Source: Eledone cirrhosa (taxonomy: Eukaryota). From it: 64,000 nucleotides of DNA. Below the pieces are notes generated by a model. It was given only the letters and a program-made list of their open reading frames with translations, did not search any database and had not been told where the DNA came from. Shown piece after piece: positions 29,493 to 41,699 of the stretch. Made by a program: the position numbers and the translations under genes. Where the stretch lies: contig OZ024743.1 in the NCBI GenBank assembly GCA_964016885.1, forward strand, positions 261,020,001 through 261,084,000, read 5' to 3'. The first letter of the stretch is position 1; each line of letters begins with the position of its first letter.

Positions 29493-29777
29493 ACTAAGGC
29501 CTAACGTACCCAACGAACGCGCAAACACACACACTCACAAACACATACACACTCATATAAAAATGTGACGTCGTCGTCGACGTGTTATAAAATGTCCGTT
29601 TACTTATAGTTGACTATAGTAGATTATTTTAGATAAAATGTTATATTGTTTTAATCCAAATGAAAATAAGTTACATGTTAATCCCGGGGTGTAAAATTTG
29701 ATTTGATTTGGTTGAGCCGTTTGAGAATGCATAAGGAAAAGACAGACAGAGAGACAAAGAATTTTATTTATAGAGAT
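29493..29777 (-). mobile_element. Possible non-autonomous Helitron-like element
   Basis: Minus strand starts TCTCTATAAATAAAA..(TCTG)n..TCAAACGGCTCAACC..AAATTT and ends in a GC-rich segment plus TTAGT. Pattern recognition only. Confidence 0.4.
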
Positions 29778-31216
29778 GGTAAAGGGCAAAGACTCTCTTC
29801 GGTCATGAATGACCATGGGATTTACACCGAGGCACAAGTCTGGGCAGGGTTGTTTTAAGAAAAACCAGCAGTCACCCATGCATACCAGTCTCTCCTCTCC
29901 ACGCCACCTAGTCAGTTTCAATCAACGGCCTGCTCCTGAAATTAACGTGTGAGTTACTGATTATTCCATAGGCACGTGTATCCTTAACTCATGGAGGTGA
30001 TTCAGCGTAACACTGTAACAAGGTGAACCCCTTGAAATACAGGTAAAGTCCATCCGTCTGGCTCCCAAACAGTTTCTGTCAACCCAATTTCTATCACAAG
30101 CCATGGGCCGACTCTCAGCTATAGTAAATGATACACCCAAGATGCCAAGCAGTGAGATCGAACCCGGGATCTTATGGTTGCGAATCGAACACGTTAACCA
30201 TTCAGCCATGCTGCGTCCACTCTACTGTATACAAGTTTATACATATGTGCGTTTGTGTATGTGTCTGTGCTTGTCTTGTAACCCCTAGTACTTAACTGGT
30301 ATTTTATTTTAACGACCCCGGAAGGATGAAAGGCAAAGTTAACCTCGGCCGGATTTGAATTCACTAAATACTATAAAGCATTTTGTTCGGCGCTCAACCG
30401 ACTCTGCCCTTGAAACTAGTAAAATGATTGTTTCGACCTTCGGCACAAGGCCAACAATTTGAAGAAAAGGGGAAAGTTGATTAAATCGATCCCAGTGCGT
30501 TACTGGTACTTCATTTTATTGATCCCCGTCAGGACGAAAGGCAAAGCTAACCTCGGCAGGCTTTGAACTCAGAATGTAAAGGGCCGTAACTATATGCCGA
30601 AAAACATGTCCGACGCTCTACTCATTCCACTTCCCTGAAACCACTAAGATAATGAAATACTAAATGGTGATGGCTGCAGTCCAGCTAAACTGAGTCCGTA
30701 ACATTTGTTACTAATTTCTATATAGACGGGCATGGACGTCACAATTTTCATTTTCCTTAAAATAGAAATATATAAGCAGCAATATTTAATAACTTAATTT
30801 ACTGTGGAATAAGGGTACGAGCAGCGTCGAATTGGCAGAGTCGTTTGCGAAGTCGGATAGAATGCTTTGCAGTATTCTACTTGGCTCTCTACTCTCTGAG
30901 TTCAAATCCCATCGAGGACAACTTTACCTTCATCCTTCCGAAGTCAATAAAAAGAAAAAGTACCAGTCAACTACTGAGATTTCTTTTTCTAATATCTCTT
31001 TCTCATTCCCTCTCTATCCTTCTCTGGAAAAAAATAGGCTTTGTTCTGGCCTCGAGAAGTGATGGGCTCCGCCAGGTTTGAAAAATGCTCAAGAAATGCC
31101 GTTTGTACTACGGCGTCCCTATGACTCTATAAGGAGTAACAGGTACATACATACAAGTGTACGAACCACATATATTTCCTAATGTGCAAATCACGAAGAT
31201 TTCGATATAAATGATG

Positions 31217-31256
<40 letters not shown>

Positions 31257-31259
<3 letters not shown>

Positions 31260-31851
31260 TATGTATACGTATTACGCCGTACGATGTTTCAAGTTTCAAG
31301 CTTATTAGTTGTCGTCAGCATCGTATACCTTTCTATCAGATGATTGAACGTCTGAAAGTATATACTTGATGCCGTACTAAGAGTGCGAAATAAAATTTCG
31401 TTTCATTCTTTTCCATTTATCGTTTTCGGTATGCCCGGCCGACTAACTCACTCGATATGCAAATTAGGCTGCTCAGCCGTTAATATGTATAAGGAAAGTA
31501 TATACTTTCAGATTCAATCATCTGACAGAAAGGTATACGATGCTGACGATAGCTAATAAGCTTAAAACTAGTACATCGTTCCTGTGTCAGTGTTGAACAA
31601 AAGGGCGACGATGGTTGCCGAGCACTGTACGGCGTAATCCGGGCTGTTTGTTTACAAACAAACCGAACATTATAATAAATGTTCGGTAAACCCATACGTA
31701 CATATATATATATGTGTGTGCATGTATGTATATATATACATCGTACTATGCGTCTGTACACATATAAGTATGTATGTATACATACTTATATTTAGGTATC
31801 AGCCGTACTAAGAGTGAGAAATGAAATTTCGTTTCATTCTTTTCCATTTAT
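31257..31851 (+). mobile_element. Dispersed, diverged copy of the ~428-bp hammerhead unit with an upstream inverted partial copy
   Basis: Colinear with the reverse complement of the 433-2876 unit; HHR at 31537-31579 (GAAA changed to AAAA). Confidence 0.88.
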
Positions 31852-33402
31852 ATACATATATATATATAGTGTAATTCGATCTTTTCATATGATTTGTCAG
31901 TGAATTTCTGAACACACCGACTACACAGATAATAGGAAGACAGCAACATCCCCACAGAAATACCATCCTGGTGTTTAGTAAACATTCACTCAACAACACA
32001 TAGGCTTTTACCTTCCTATACCAGAATTATCTCTACATAGCCGCTAGTCCTGCTAGAAATAGCAACCAGATTCCCTTAAATTACACCTGCATCTTTAAAA
32101 GAAAATTGGAAGTCATCCAAGATAGACAGTGCCTGAAAATATGGCAGGATGATCCCATTTGGAAAGTTTTCTCAATCAGGGTTGATCTGAGTCTAAAAGT
32201 CAATTTATGATTTCTACTCATCTTAAGTCAATGCACCCACCTCTTCTCTGGTCAAACTAAAAGCAATGAGTTATTTCCCTTGTTTTTTACTACACCAACT
32301 ATCTGGAGTTTCTTTCGCATTACATTTTTGTTCTAAAATCAACTACAACTTCCATGCGACGAACAACTGGTAGAATTCTGTGTTTACATTTAGTGTTAAC
32401 ATTTAATGTAGTCAAGAGTCATGTAATTGGCAGTCGTATAAAATGCCTTACGTCATATAAAATGGTCTGCGTTCTGAGTTCACCTCAGTCAACTTTGCCT
32501 ATCAACCTTTCGATTGTACTTGTAATTCAAAAGACCAACAGTGCCCACTGGTTCTGTCTTAGAATTGTGTTTAAAAAGTACGTGTCTAAAAAATACTCAA
32601 CCAATATGTTAATTTCAGAATAGGAAACTCAGCTAACTGAACAACCGAATGTTCATCGGAGAATCTGAAGACAGTGGGCAAAAAAATAACTGATTGAAAA
32701 TATTTATGCGTTGATAAAACAACTTAATCTAAAAATAGACGAGACTGTGACTGTTACACGTCGTATGTGTTTACGGAGTTTTTCATAACCTATAACTTTA
32801 CGGTTCGACAAAAAGAGATCGATAAACTAAATATCAAACTTGAAATAAATAAGTACTGAGGTCGATATGATCGACCACATCCCTTCAAGGTGGTACTCCA
32901 GCATGGGCGCAGTCTAATGACAGAAACGAGTAAAATAATTGTTTCTACTTTTGGGGAAGGGGAAAGCCGATTAACTCGACCCCAGTATTTGACTGATATT
33001 TTATTTTATCAAGCTCAAAAGGATGAAAAGCAATGGTGACCTTGGCAGGGTTTGAACTAAAAAAATAAAAAAGGCATAAATAATTGCTGTAAAGCATTCT
33101 ATCCAAAGTTCTAACGATGTTGCCAGTTCACCGCCTACGTCTTCCGATCTTCTAAAGAACTTTTGCCTTTCCAATGAAATGCAATTTTGCTGCGATAGAC
33201 GACTATGATCTTAACATTTGGGTTGATTGTTCGTTGATTTAGTGGTTCCTTCATCAACTACTTCAGCAAGTACGGTGAAGTCTCAGCAAATCTAATAACA
33301 CTGAATCATATTAGGAGTTGTCTCCCCTACTTACTGACTAAAAAATATTAGTCATTTGACTTATTTCCTCGCTGCATAATTATTTTTAGTTATATGAAGA
33401 TC

Positions 33403-33690
33403 CGTGGCTTAATGGCTAGGGTGTTCCACTCACAACAGTGAGGTCATGATTTCGATTCCCGATGATATGTTGTGTCCTTGAGTAAGACACTTTATTTCAT
33501 GATGCTCCAGTCCACTCCACTGATAAAAATGAGTTGTACCTCTGATTCAAATGGCCAGCTTTAACATAGTGTCATACTAAATCTCCCCAAGAACTACGTT
33601 AATGGCATTCATGCTTGTGGAATGCTCAGTCATTTACATGTTAATTTCACAAGCAGGCTGTTCTGTTGATCAGACAACTGGACACTCGTT
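33403..33690 (+). mobile_element. Second tRNA-derived SINE family (related copies at about 46780-47070 -, 51392-51525 +)
   Basis: TGGCTTAATGG A box, TTCGATTCC B box, TGTGTCCTTGAGTAAGACACTTTATTTCA core. Confidence 0.7.
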
Positions 33691-34720
33691 AAAACCAACA
33701 ATAGTCTATTTCTTTAAAGGAGTGAGATAGGAAAAGAAGTATGTTGGAGATGAAAAGAATAAAGAGGAAAGAAGAGGCAAATAATGTACAGAAGTATGTG
33801 GAAATTTGCATATTTCTAAATATGAAATCAATATTTAGAGACATTCAAATTGTCTCATATTTACTGAATTGCAGAAGTGATTAATTGATTGATATAGTTC
33901 ACATCGTATTATGATCACTTTAGAATGGGTACATTAAGATAACTAGTTGATAACATTAAACAGTGGATATAATATCCCAATTGAGTTTGGAACCCACTAA
34001 TCTTAATGATACCCGTTTGATAACATTGTGCATGCTTATAATAAGCAGCTTCCATTGTATTAGTCATTTAGCTTGTCTTTCTCTCACTGCATATTCTATG
34101 CTTACTTCAATGTTATAAAGCAACTTAATATAGATAGATAATGAGAGAGAAAGATATAACAGATATATAGACAGATAGACAGACAGACAGACAAAGAGAG
34201 ACAGTTAGACTTAGGTAAGGACAGACTTAGGTAATGACAGGCAGGCAGACAGGCAGACTTAGGTAATGGGACAGATGGTTAGACTTAGGTAATGACAGGC
34301 AGACACACAGACAGATATAGGAAAAGTGACACAGACAGATAGACAGAAATTGTTTTAAAAAATGTATAATTTTGTTTTGTTTGTTTGTAACTAATTTTAT
34401 TAATTTGTTGAAATTATTCGATACGGCTTTGTAAAGAACTTTTTACACAAATGATCTATCATGACCATCTTTATGACCATCATCTTTATGTCAAGAACAT
34501 CCAGATTAAAAAGGTACAACTTCAGAAATGAGGTGAAACTATGCAATGAGCTTTAAAACAATGGAATTAATGTACATGCTAGACATACAAAATATTTAAT
34601 TAATTAGTTTAATTAATACTTATAATTCAGAGTTGATGAATGAGTTGTTTGAAGAAATGACATTTATTTTCAGTACTAACTAGAAATTTCCATCATCTTA
34701 CTAGAGAAATATCCTGTTAA

Positions 34721-35091
34721 CCCTTTAGCATCGAAACCGGCTGTATCCGGCCAAAATTCTCTCTCCTCTTTCTGTTCAAACTGGCTGTAATCGGCCGCTC
34801 ATACGGCCGTTAAAGTATTGTTCTCAAAATAAATAACATCAAAATCTCAGATTAGATATGATGTGAGAAAAAGGGTTTACCACAAAAATACAATAGTATA
34901 TCATCATCATCAACGTTTAACGTCCGTGTTCCACGCTTGCATGGGTTTGGACGGGGGTTTTCCCACTTGAGGCAAGAGTGATTGTCTTGCTCGCATAGGA
35001 CTGTCTGGCGGGTTTTCTACAGCTGGATGCCCTTCCTAACACCAACCACATTTACAGTGTATATATATAGAGTAATGTAAATGCTAAAGGG
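34721..35091. mobile_element. piggyBac-type MITE with a nested RTE-tail SINE fragment (second copy at 40237-40640)
   Basis: TTAA|CCCTTTAGCAT ... ATGCTAAAGGG|TTAA terminal inverted repeats with TTAA target duplication. Confidence 0.8.
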
Positions 35092-35890
35092 TTAAAGCAT
35101 CAAGCCCTACCAATTCTTGGTAGCAGTAACAGCACAAACCATTCTCCAGATCACTGCTTCTCAAACTTATTTTCTTACAGAACCCTTATACAATTTTCCA
35201 AGAATCACAGTAGCCATACATACATTCTATGAACAATCCCAACACCCTAATTTTAATGTGACATTAAAAAGAGAATTTATTCATATATCTTTTAATAAAT
35301 CATTAAATTTTATTAAAAGACACTTTATTTCATAAAACCCGATATTTTTTGTGGAATCCACTTTGAGAAACACCAATGAAGATCAGTGGACACATAGCTG
35401 TGACACTAATTATCCTTCATCTGCACACACGGAGAGCAAGCAACAAAGCCACTTCCACTATCCTAGCTTTAATAAAACTATTTAATGAGCTTATGTGAGA
35501 TATTCTAGCTTGGCTCCACCCTAGCTCATAACAATAATCAGTTGTCTACAACATAATGAAGATGCTATAAGTGCAAAGAAGTCATCTTAGAAGACTGCTG
35601 GTACATTGGAGTACATCTTAGATCTATGTAGTCAAGGAAAACTGAGTTAAACTTTGAAATTTAGATGTGCTAAAAAAAACATTACTGCATAGATAGAAAC
35701 ATCAACAAATTGTTTTAGTAAGAAAAGTTTTAGCAAAAGTAAGTATATAAATAATAAAACCACAAGGAAAATATTCAAAATTGTGACAATTTTTTTAAAA
35801 ACAGAAATGTCAGCATATACTTCTTCAATAGTTATAGTTATCTACATCAAAACACTGATGGATTCTTGAAGCCTTGATATAGACATTTCA

Positions 35891-35928
<38 letters not shown>

Positions 35929-36527
35929 TATATATACACACACACACACACGCACACACTATATACATATATGATGGTTGCAACTCGATTTCAAGTAATG
36001 CCATCGCTTGATCATGAGCATCACGGACATGGCTTTTTAGTCCTACTATGGCCAACAATGCTATGCATCACAAAAAATGTCACATATCAAGCGATGTCTG
36101 TGTTTGAAGCTTTTTTAAGTGAAGAAAGGCTTTGCACGGGGCCAATCCCACTATGAACTTCGAATGCATTTACCCAAAAAGTAGAACTGGTCTACATCAT
36201 TGGATGCAAACAAAGTCGCAGGTTTTATATCAGAGTGACCTTCTCCTAGAAAACAAAAACAAAAAAAATCTTTATTGGATGGCTGTTGTTACTGAGTTCC
36301 TCTGCCCATTGACGGATTTTGTTTTTCATCCAACAGGGTGTCCCAAATCACCCTCCTCACCAAGCAAGCTTGGTGGGGTTGCCGGTTTAGTCGCCGACCA
36401 TACGCAGGTTGTACATATACATACTAACTCACACACAAACAGATATATATATAAATACATATATATACATATATATATATGGAGGAAGTTATAGTTCACT
36501 TGAAGCATTGTGTAATGCGGTATAAAC

Positions 36528-36840
36528 GTTTGTATATGTATAATAAAGCCAAAACAATGCAGGTATGGACATAGAATAAAGAATGCAAATGCAAAAGATA
36601 TTGTTGACAATTAGTCTTTTACCTTAGATTTATTTAATATCTCTTCTTCGGAGGGAAGTAAAGCGGTTAACCGCTTTACTTCCCTCCGAAGAAGAGATAT
36701 TATCTCGAAAATTAAGGACATTTAAATAAATCTAAGGTAAAAGACTAATTGTCAACAATATCTTTTGCATTTGTATTCTTTATTCTATGTCCATACCTGC
36801 ATTGTTTTGGCTTTATTATACATATACAAACGTTTATATA
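36528..36840. repeat. Fold-back (palindromic) island with an HHR-like motif at 36682-36717
   Basis: Perfect palindrome centred on GTTAAC (36666-36671); outer arms at about 36528-36636 / 36722-36840. Confidence 0.85.
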
Positions 36841-37408
36841 TATATATATTTATTTATTTATTAAAATAACAGATTAAAGTTTAAGCAAAGAATCACTGCT
36901 TTCACCCTTAACGGGATCTTCGATATAGTCAATGTAGGATGTAGAGTGACAGCTGTGGAGCCAGTGAAAGTCACTGAACATCTACATTGTAGAATAGATG
37001 TATTGTAGAATCTAGAATACATCTTAAAGACAAAGTGAGTCTCAAACAGTGCGGACAGTGATATGACCCTGAACATCTGAGGCAATAGATTCTATCTTTT
37101 TTTCTCTTTTCTTTAGAACAAAATCTGTACACTTATCATTTAAGGCCACCTTTATCAGCAGTTCACTCTATCTAATATTATTGTTAACAACAGTCATATT
37201 GAGAAGCTAGCCACAAAGGCTATTAATATCACCAATATTAGATAGAGATGAAGGATATATCACAAAAAAAAAAAAAACTATAGAAACTAACAAACATAAC
37301 AAAAATAAACAAAAATTTAACTGAAAATATAAAAAAAATATATATAAAAAAATCCTTACAAGTGACAACAGAGGAAATGAATAGACAAAATTTAATGTAT
37401 GGAATTTG

Positions 37409-37543
37409 TTAATGATCTTTTGTATGATTTCTACGGCGAGGTGCAACAGAGTCTTTTGAAGATGATTTGTTAGCTTTCTTCACATTATTGCCTTCTTTTA
37501 CTGAAGATTTTTTAGAATTAGAGGAATTCTTCTTTTTATTTTT
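37409..37543 (-). CDS. ELOVL4: ELOVL4-like elongase, last coding exon
   Basis: Pyrimidine tract + CAG acceptor; in frame KNKKKNSSNS...RRRNHTKDH*; Lys at -3 resembles an ER-retrieval signal. Confidence 0.8.
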   Translation of the reverse strand, partial: KNKKKNSSNSKKSSVKEGNNVKKANKSSSKDSVAPRRRNHTKDH

Positions 37544-38984
37544 CTGAAAAAAGAAAAAGAAAGAAAAAATTAGAATTACAAGTAGGATAAAACAGAAAGA
37601 CTATAATGTAGCCTTTAAGGTTAACCCTAGTTTTAATAGGGAAAATGGTGTTAGAATGTTTGAATGATTGACTTTTTTTAAGATTTAGTAACATGAGGGA
37701 GAGCAATACCCATGATTCTTTTCAAGACTTCCAAGATTAGTGGAAGGATGGGGGAAAGTTATCTTCACACTGGAAACCTGCTCTTCTGAATTACTTACAA
37801 CACAATGGACTCACTAAAGACACATAAGAGACAGCTGCAGGTGTCAAAATTGAACAATGAACTCTAATAAACACATACAAGAGCCAGTTGTGGGGGTATA
37901 TTAGATAATGGGCTCAAGGAAAGACATATAAGAGTCAGTTGTGGGTATTAAAACTGGACAATGGACTCTAGTAAAACACACAAGAGCTAGTTGTGGACAC
38001 TTAAAACATGAACGCTCGTTTTGGTAGCTTCACTACTATAGTTTTAACAAAAACTCGGTATTTTATATATCTTAAATACAATATCTTTCCGTATATACGA
38101 TGCACTTTTTAAACCCAAAAATTTACATTAGAATCCGCCTGCATGATTCACCAAATAAATATATCAGATAATATAATTTTTTGGCACACTGTTTTCTCCT
38201 ATTTAAGGATGTCTTATGCAAAGACACATTTTATATTCCCAAAAATACGGCATATCTTCCAAAATGTTAAACCTTATGCTCAAATTTAAATGAGAAATGT
38301 TGTCTGGCATATTACATGGAACATCATACAATACTTAGGACTTATTTGTCGCAACCATAGTTTAGCATTTTTGGAATAAGTGAGTTACCTCCCTTACACA
38401 ATCTTCGTATTTAGTTATTTATTTATGGTTTTTTGTTAACATTAAAAAATTGAATAACTAATGTGAAATGAAATCAAGATAATCTTAAACTACAGAAAAT
38501 TGCTAAATGGCGATTTATGGAGTTGGGCAAACAGTATTCATCCATTTGAATTCCAAAGGTTATAATATTCTAGAGGTTATATTTCAACAAATATATTTCC
38601 ATAACAGATATAACACTACAATTTTCGAGCGAAGAAGGACAATAAATAGTATATATCAACTCCAGTACTTGACTGGTACATTATTTCACAATCTCCAGGA
38701 GAATGAAAAGCAAAGTCACAATAGATGAGATAATGCAATGTGGTTTAAGTTAGCAAATCAAGTTAGTAATTTAGAATTAATTATAGTCTTAGATCATTTA
38801 TGTTTTTAAGAAATGCTTCACAAAATAAAGGGTGGAGGGAGCTGATCGTCAGGTCAAACCAAGGAGAATTTGTCTTTCCATTATTGATACTATCTGCCAA
38901 TCATCAGATCAAACCAAGGAGACTATGTTTCAATTTTTCTTTCCATTGCTGATACTATCTGCCAATCATCAGATCAAACCAAGG

Positions 38985-39620
38985 AGACTATGCTTTTAGC
39001 CAGGTATTTCTCCTGCATTTGTCTCACAAGGAAGAGGGCGCCAGTGGTGTTTTTTCTCAGCACAAATCCAAACTGCATTTCATCTAGGTGTATAAGATCT
39101 CTTATCAGTTGTGCTATGACTCTTTCTGTAACTTTCATGACCTGGTCAGTCAGCTTTATACCACTGTTGTTAATTCTCTCTAGGGCATCTCCTTTACCCT
39201 TATAGCAATTGACAATGCTGCTGCTATTCTATTCACTGAGAATGACACCATTCTGTATCACTTTGTTTACAATAAGGGTGGTTAGGGTGTGCCCAACCAT
39301 CCCAGATGCTTTCAACATCTCAGCAACAACTCCTGATGGCCTGGCTGCTTTACCCATCTTCACCTTCTTAATTGCCTTACTTACTAGGTTGCTGCTTACG
39401 CATACAGTTGGGCCTTCTGTTGGGTGAGCTTGGGGCAGGCTGTTTACCTCCCAAGTGTTTTCCTCGTTCATCAGCCTCATATAGTGGTATTTCCAAGCAG
39501 CTTTGTTTTCGGTGTTGGTGAGAGCAAGTGAGTCATTGTTGTTATGAATACATTTCTTCCAGAGATAATCTCAGCTCTCCTTGACATATTGCCTTGTGAC
39601 CTTTTTGGTCCTCACATACT
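38985..39620 (-). mobile_element. RTE LINE fragment (intronic)
   Basis: KAIKKVKMGKAARPSGVVAEMLK; upstream-of-RT region homologous to about 42850-43400. Confidence 0.8.
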
Positions 39621-39830
39621 TGTTAAGTTGCATATTTGTACAAATATGCAACTTAACAATATTCTGCATATCCGCAATTGACAATGCATTTAATGCTGAA
39701 ACCAGTATTGTAAATAAATTAATGTTTTGAAATTTCACTAAAAAAAACCTCTTCAACATTTTCTACTGAAAACATCTTTTTCCTTTCTACTATTTGTTTT
39801 TATATATATCAACTCGTGTGTTACCTTTCT

Positions 39831-39861
<31 letters not shown>

Positions 39862-39961
39862 TACTGCAAGCTCTACCAATTCTGCCCATCAACTGTTCAA
39901 ATCAATATTTAATACATGTTCTTTTTTTCAATTGTAACAAAATAAATTTGTAGATTTTTAC

Positions 39962-40114
39962 CTTTTTCCGAATGTAAGATTTATAATAGAAGTTAAGAAA
40001 CAACAGCAAGAGACTCGCTCCATAGAAAATAAGTGCCCAGTGCATCCAAACAGGGAAATTACAGCCTAAAAGGAGAGACTGAGTGGCATGGCACATACCA
40101 ACAACAAACTGTAC
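39962..40114 (-). CDS. ELOVL4: ELOVL4-like exon (153 bp)
   Basis: AG/GT bounded; VQFVVGMCHATQSLLLGCNFPVWMHWALIFYGASLLLLFLNFYYKSYIRKK. Confidence 0.93.
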
Positions 40115-40746
40115 CTGTAATAGATAGAGGCAAATAAAATTAAGTATTTGGCAAACACAGTGTGTAATTAAAAAACAGATAATAATAGACGGGAGCAAAT
40201 ATAATTAAATATTTGGGAGACATTCAGTGTGATTAACCCTTTAGCATTTAAACCAACCGTATCTGACCAGAATTTTCTCACCTCTTTCTGTTCAAACCGG
40301 TTGTAACCGGCCGCTAATACTGATGTTAAGGTATTGTTCTCAAAATAAATATCAAAATCTCATAGATTCGATATTATGTGAAATAATTATGTAAAGTAAA
40401 GCCTTTACAATGAAAATATAATAGTATATATAGAATAATTGTTTCTATTTTAGGCACAAGGCCAGAAATTACCCAGTACATTACTGGTACTTTATTTTAT
40501 CGACCCCGTAAGGATGAAAGGCAAAGTTAACCTCGGCCAGATTTGAACTCAGATCGCAAAGGGACGTAACTATGCTGGAAATCATGGCGTCCGACCCTCT
40601 AACGATACTGCCAATATAGAATAATGTAAATGTTAGATGGTTAAAACACATATATAATAGTTAGAGGTAGATATAATTAAGTACTTGGGAAACACAGTGT
40701 CATTAAATTACATGTAGATTAAATCAAATATTTCACATACAACATG

Positions 40747-40780
<34 letters not shown>

Positions 40781-41699
40781 GTTATTCTCTGGAGCTTTGA
40801 GTTTTTTATCAATAACACTGTCACCAGTCTTTTACTGGGCTATGTAACAACCTCAATAATCCAGTGGCCATTTCTTCAAATGGCCTTCAAGCATATCTTT
40901 AATAGCTTCTGTATAATTGGTGCCCGTGGCATTTGTGATCTACCCAAATATAAAAAGCCTATTTTTTCTAACTTTGGAACAATTTCTTCTCAAATACAAA
41001 TACAACACTAAGCTACAATGCTTAGATCATTCTAAAGAAATCCCACCCACCATCCTATGTCTCTCTCTCTCTCTCTTTATCACCCATGCTCTCACACCCC
41101 TTACTCCTTCACTTCATATATGTTTATAAGCCCGGTAGATTTACTCAATTCTTTCCGTTTGTTGATGTATTCAACTGAACTAAAGCATATAAAAAGCTTT
41201 GTTTACCTCCAACTACATCTGTTCCATTCAAAATACATAGCATTCCAATTCATTATTTTCTGTTTCTAATCCATCTACTCATAAATGCAATTTGGATATA
41301 TTTTTGTCTCACTATCTTCAAATGGCCTTCAGGCATATCTTCAATAGCTCCTGTACGATTGGAACCTGTCACTCGTATCTCATTTTCCCTTCCATCCACA
41401 CTCACTTATCACTATAGCCTCCTAGACCAATTAAACCAAGCAGTGTAAATATGTCTTAACTCATAGTCTATCACAATAATTACTACCACTACTACTGCTT
41501 CTACTACTGATATTGAGCTTCGTTGTTTATATTACTGATGGACTACAAAGTTGGAGCAACTGTAAATATGAATCCACCATTCATCTCAAAGCGACCATGC
41601 GAACTTTCTTCCTATTTCAGACATGAAAAACCAACACCAATTCAACCCCACTCCCCTCCCCAAGTATTCATCTTCCTCTTCTCCCTCTTATGGTAAACT

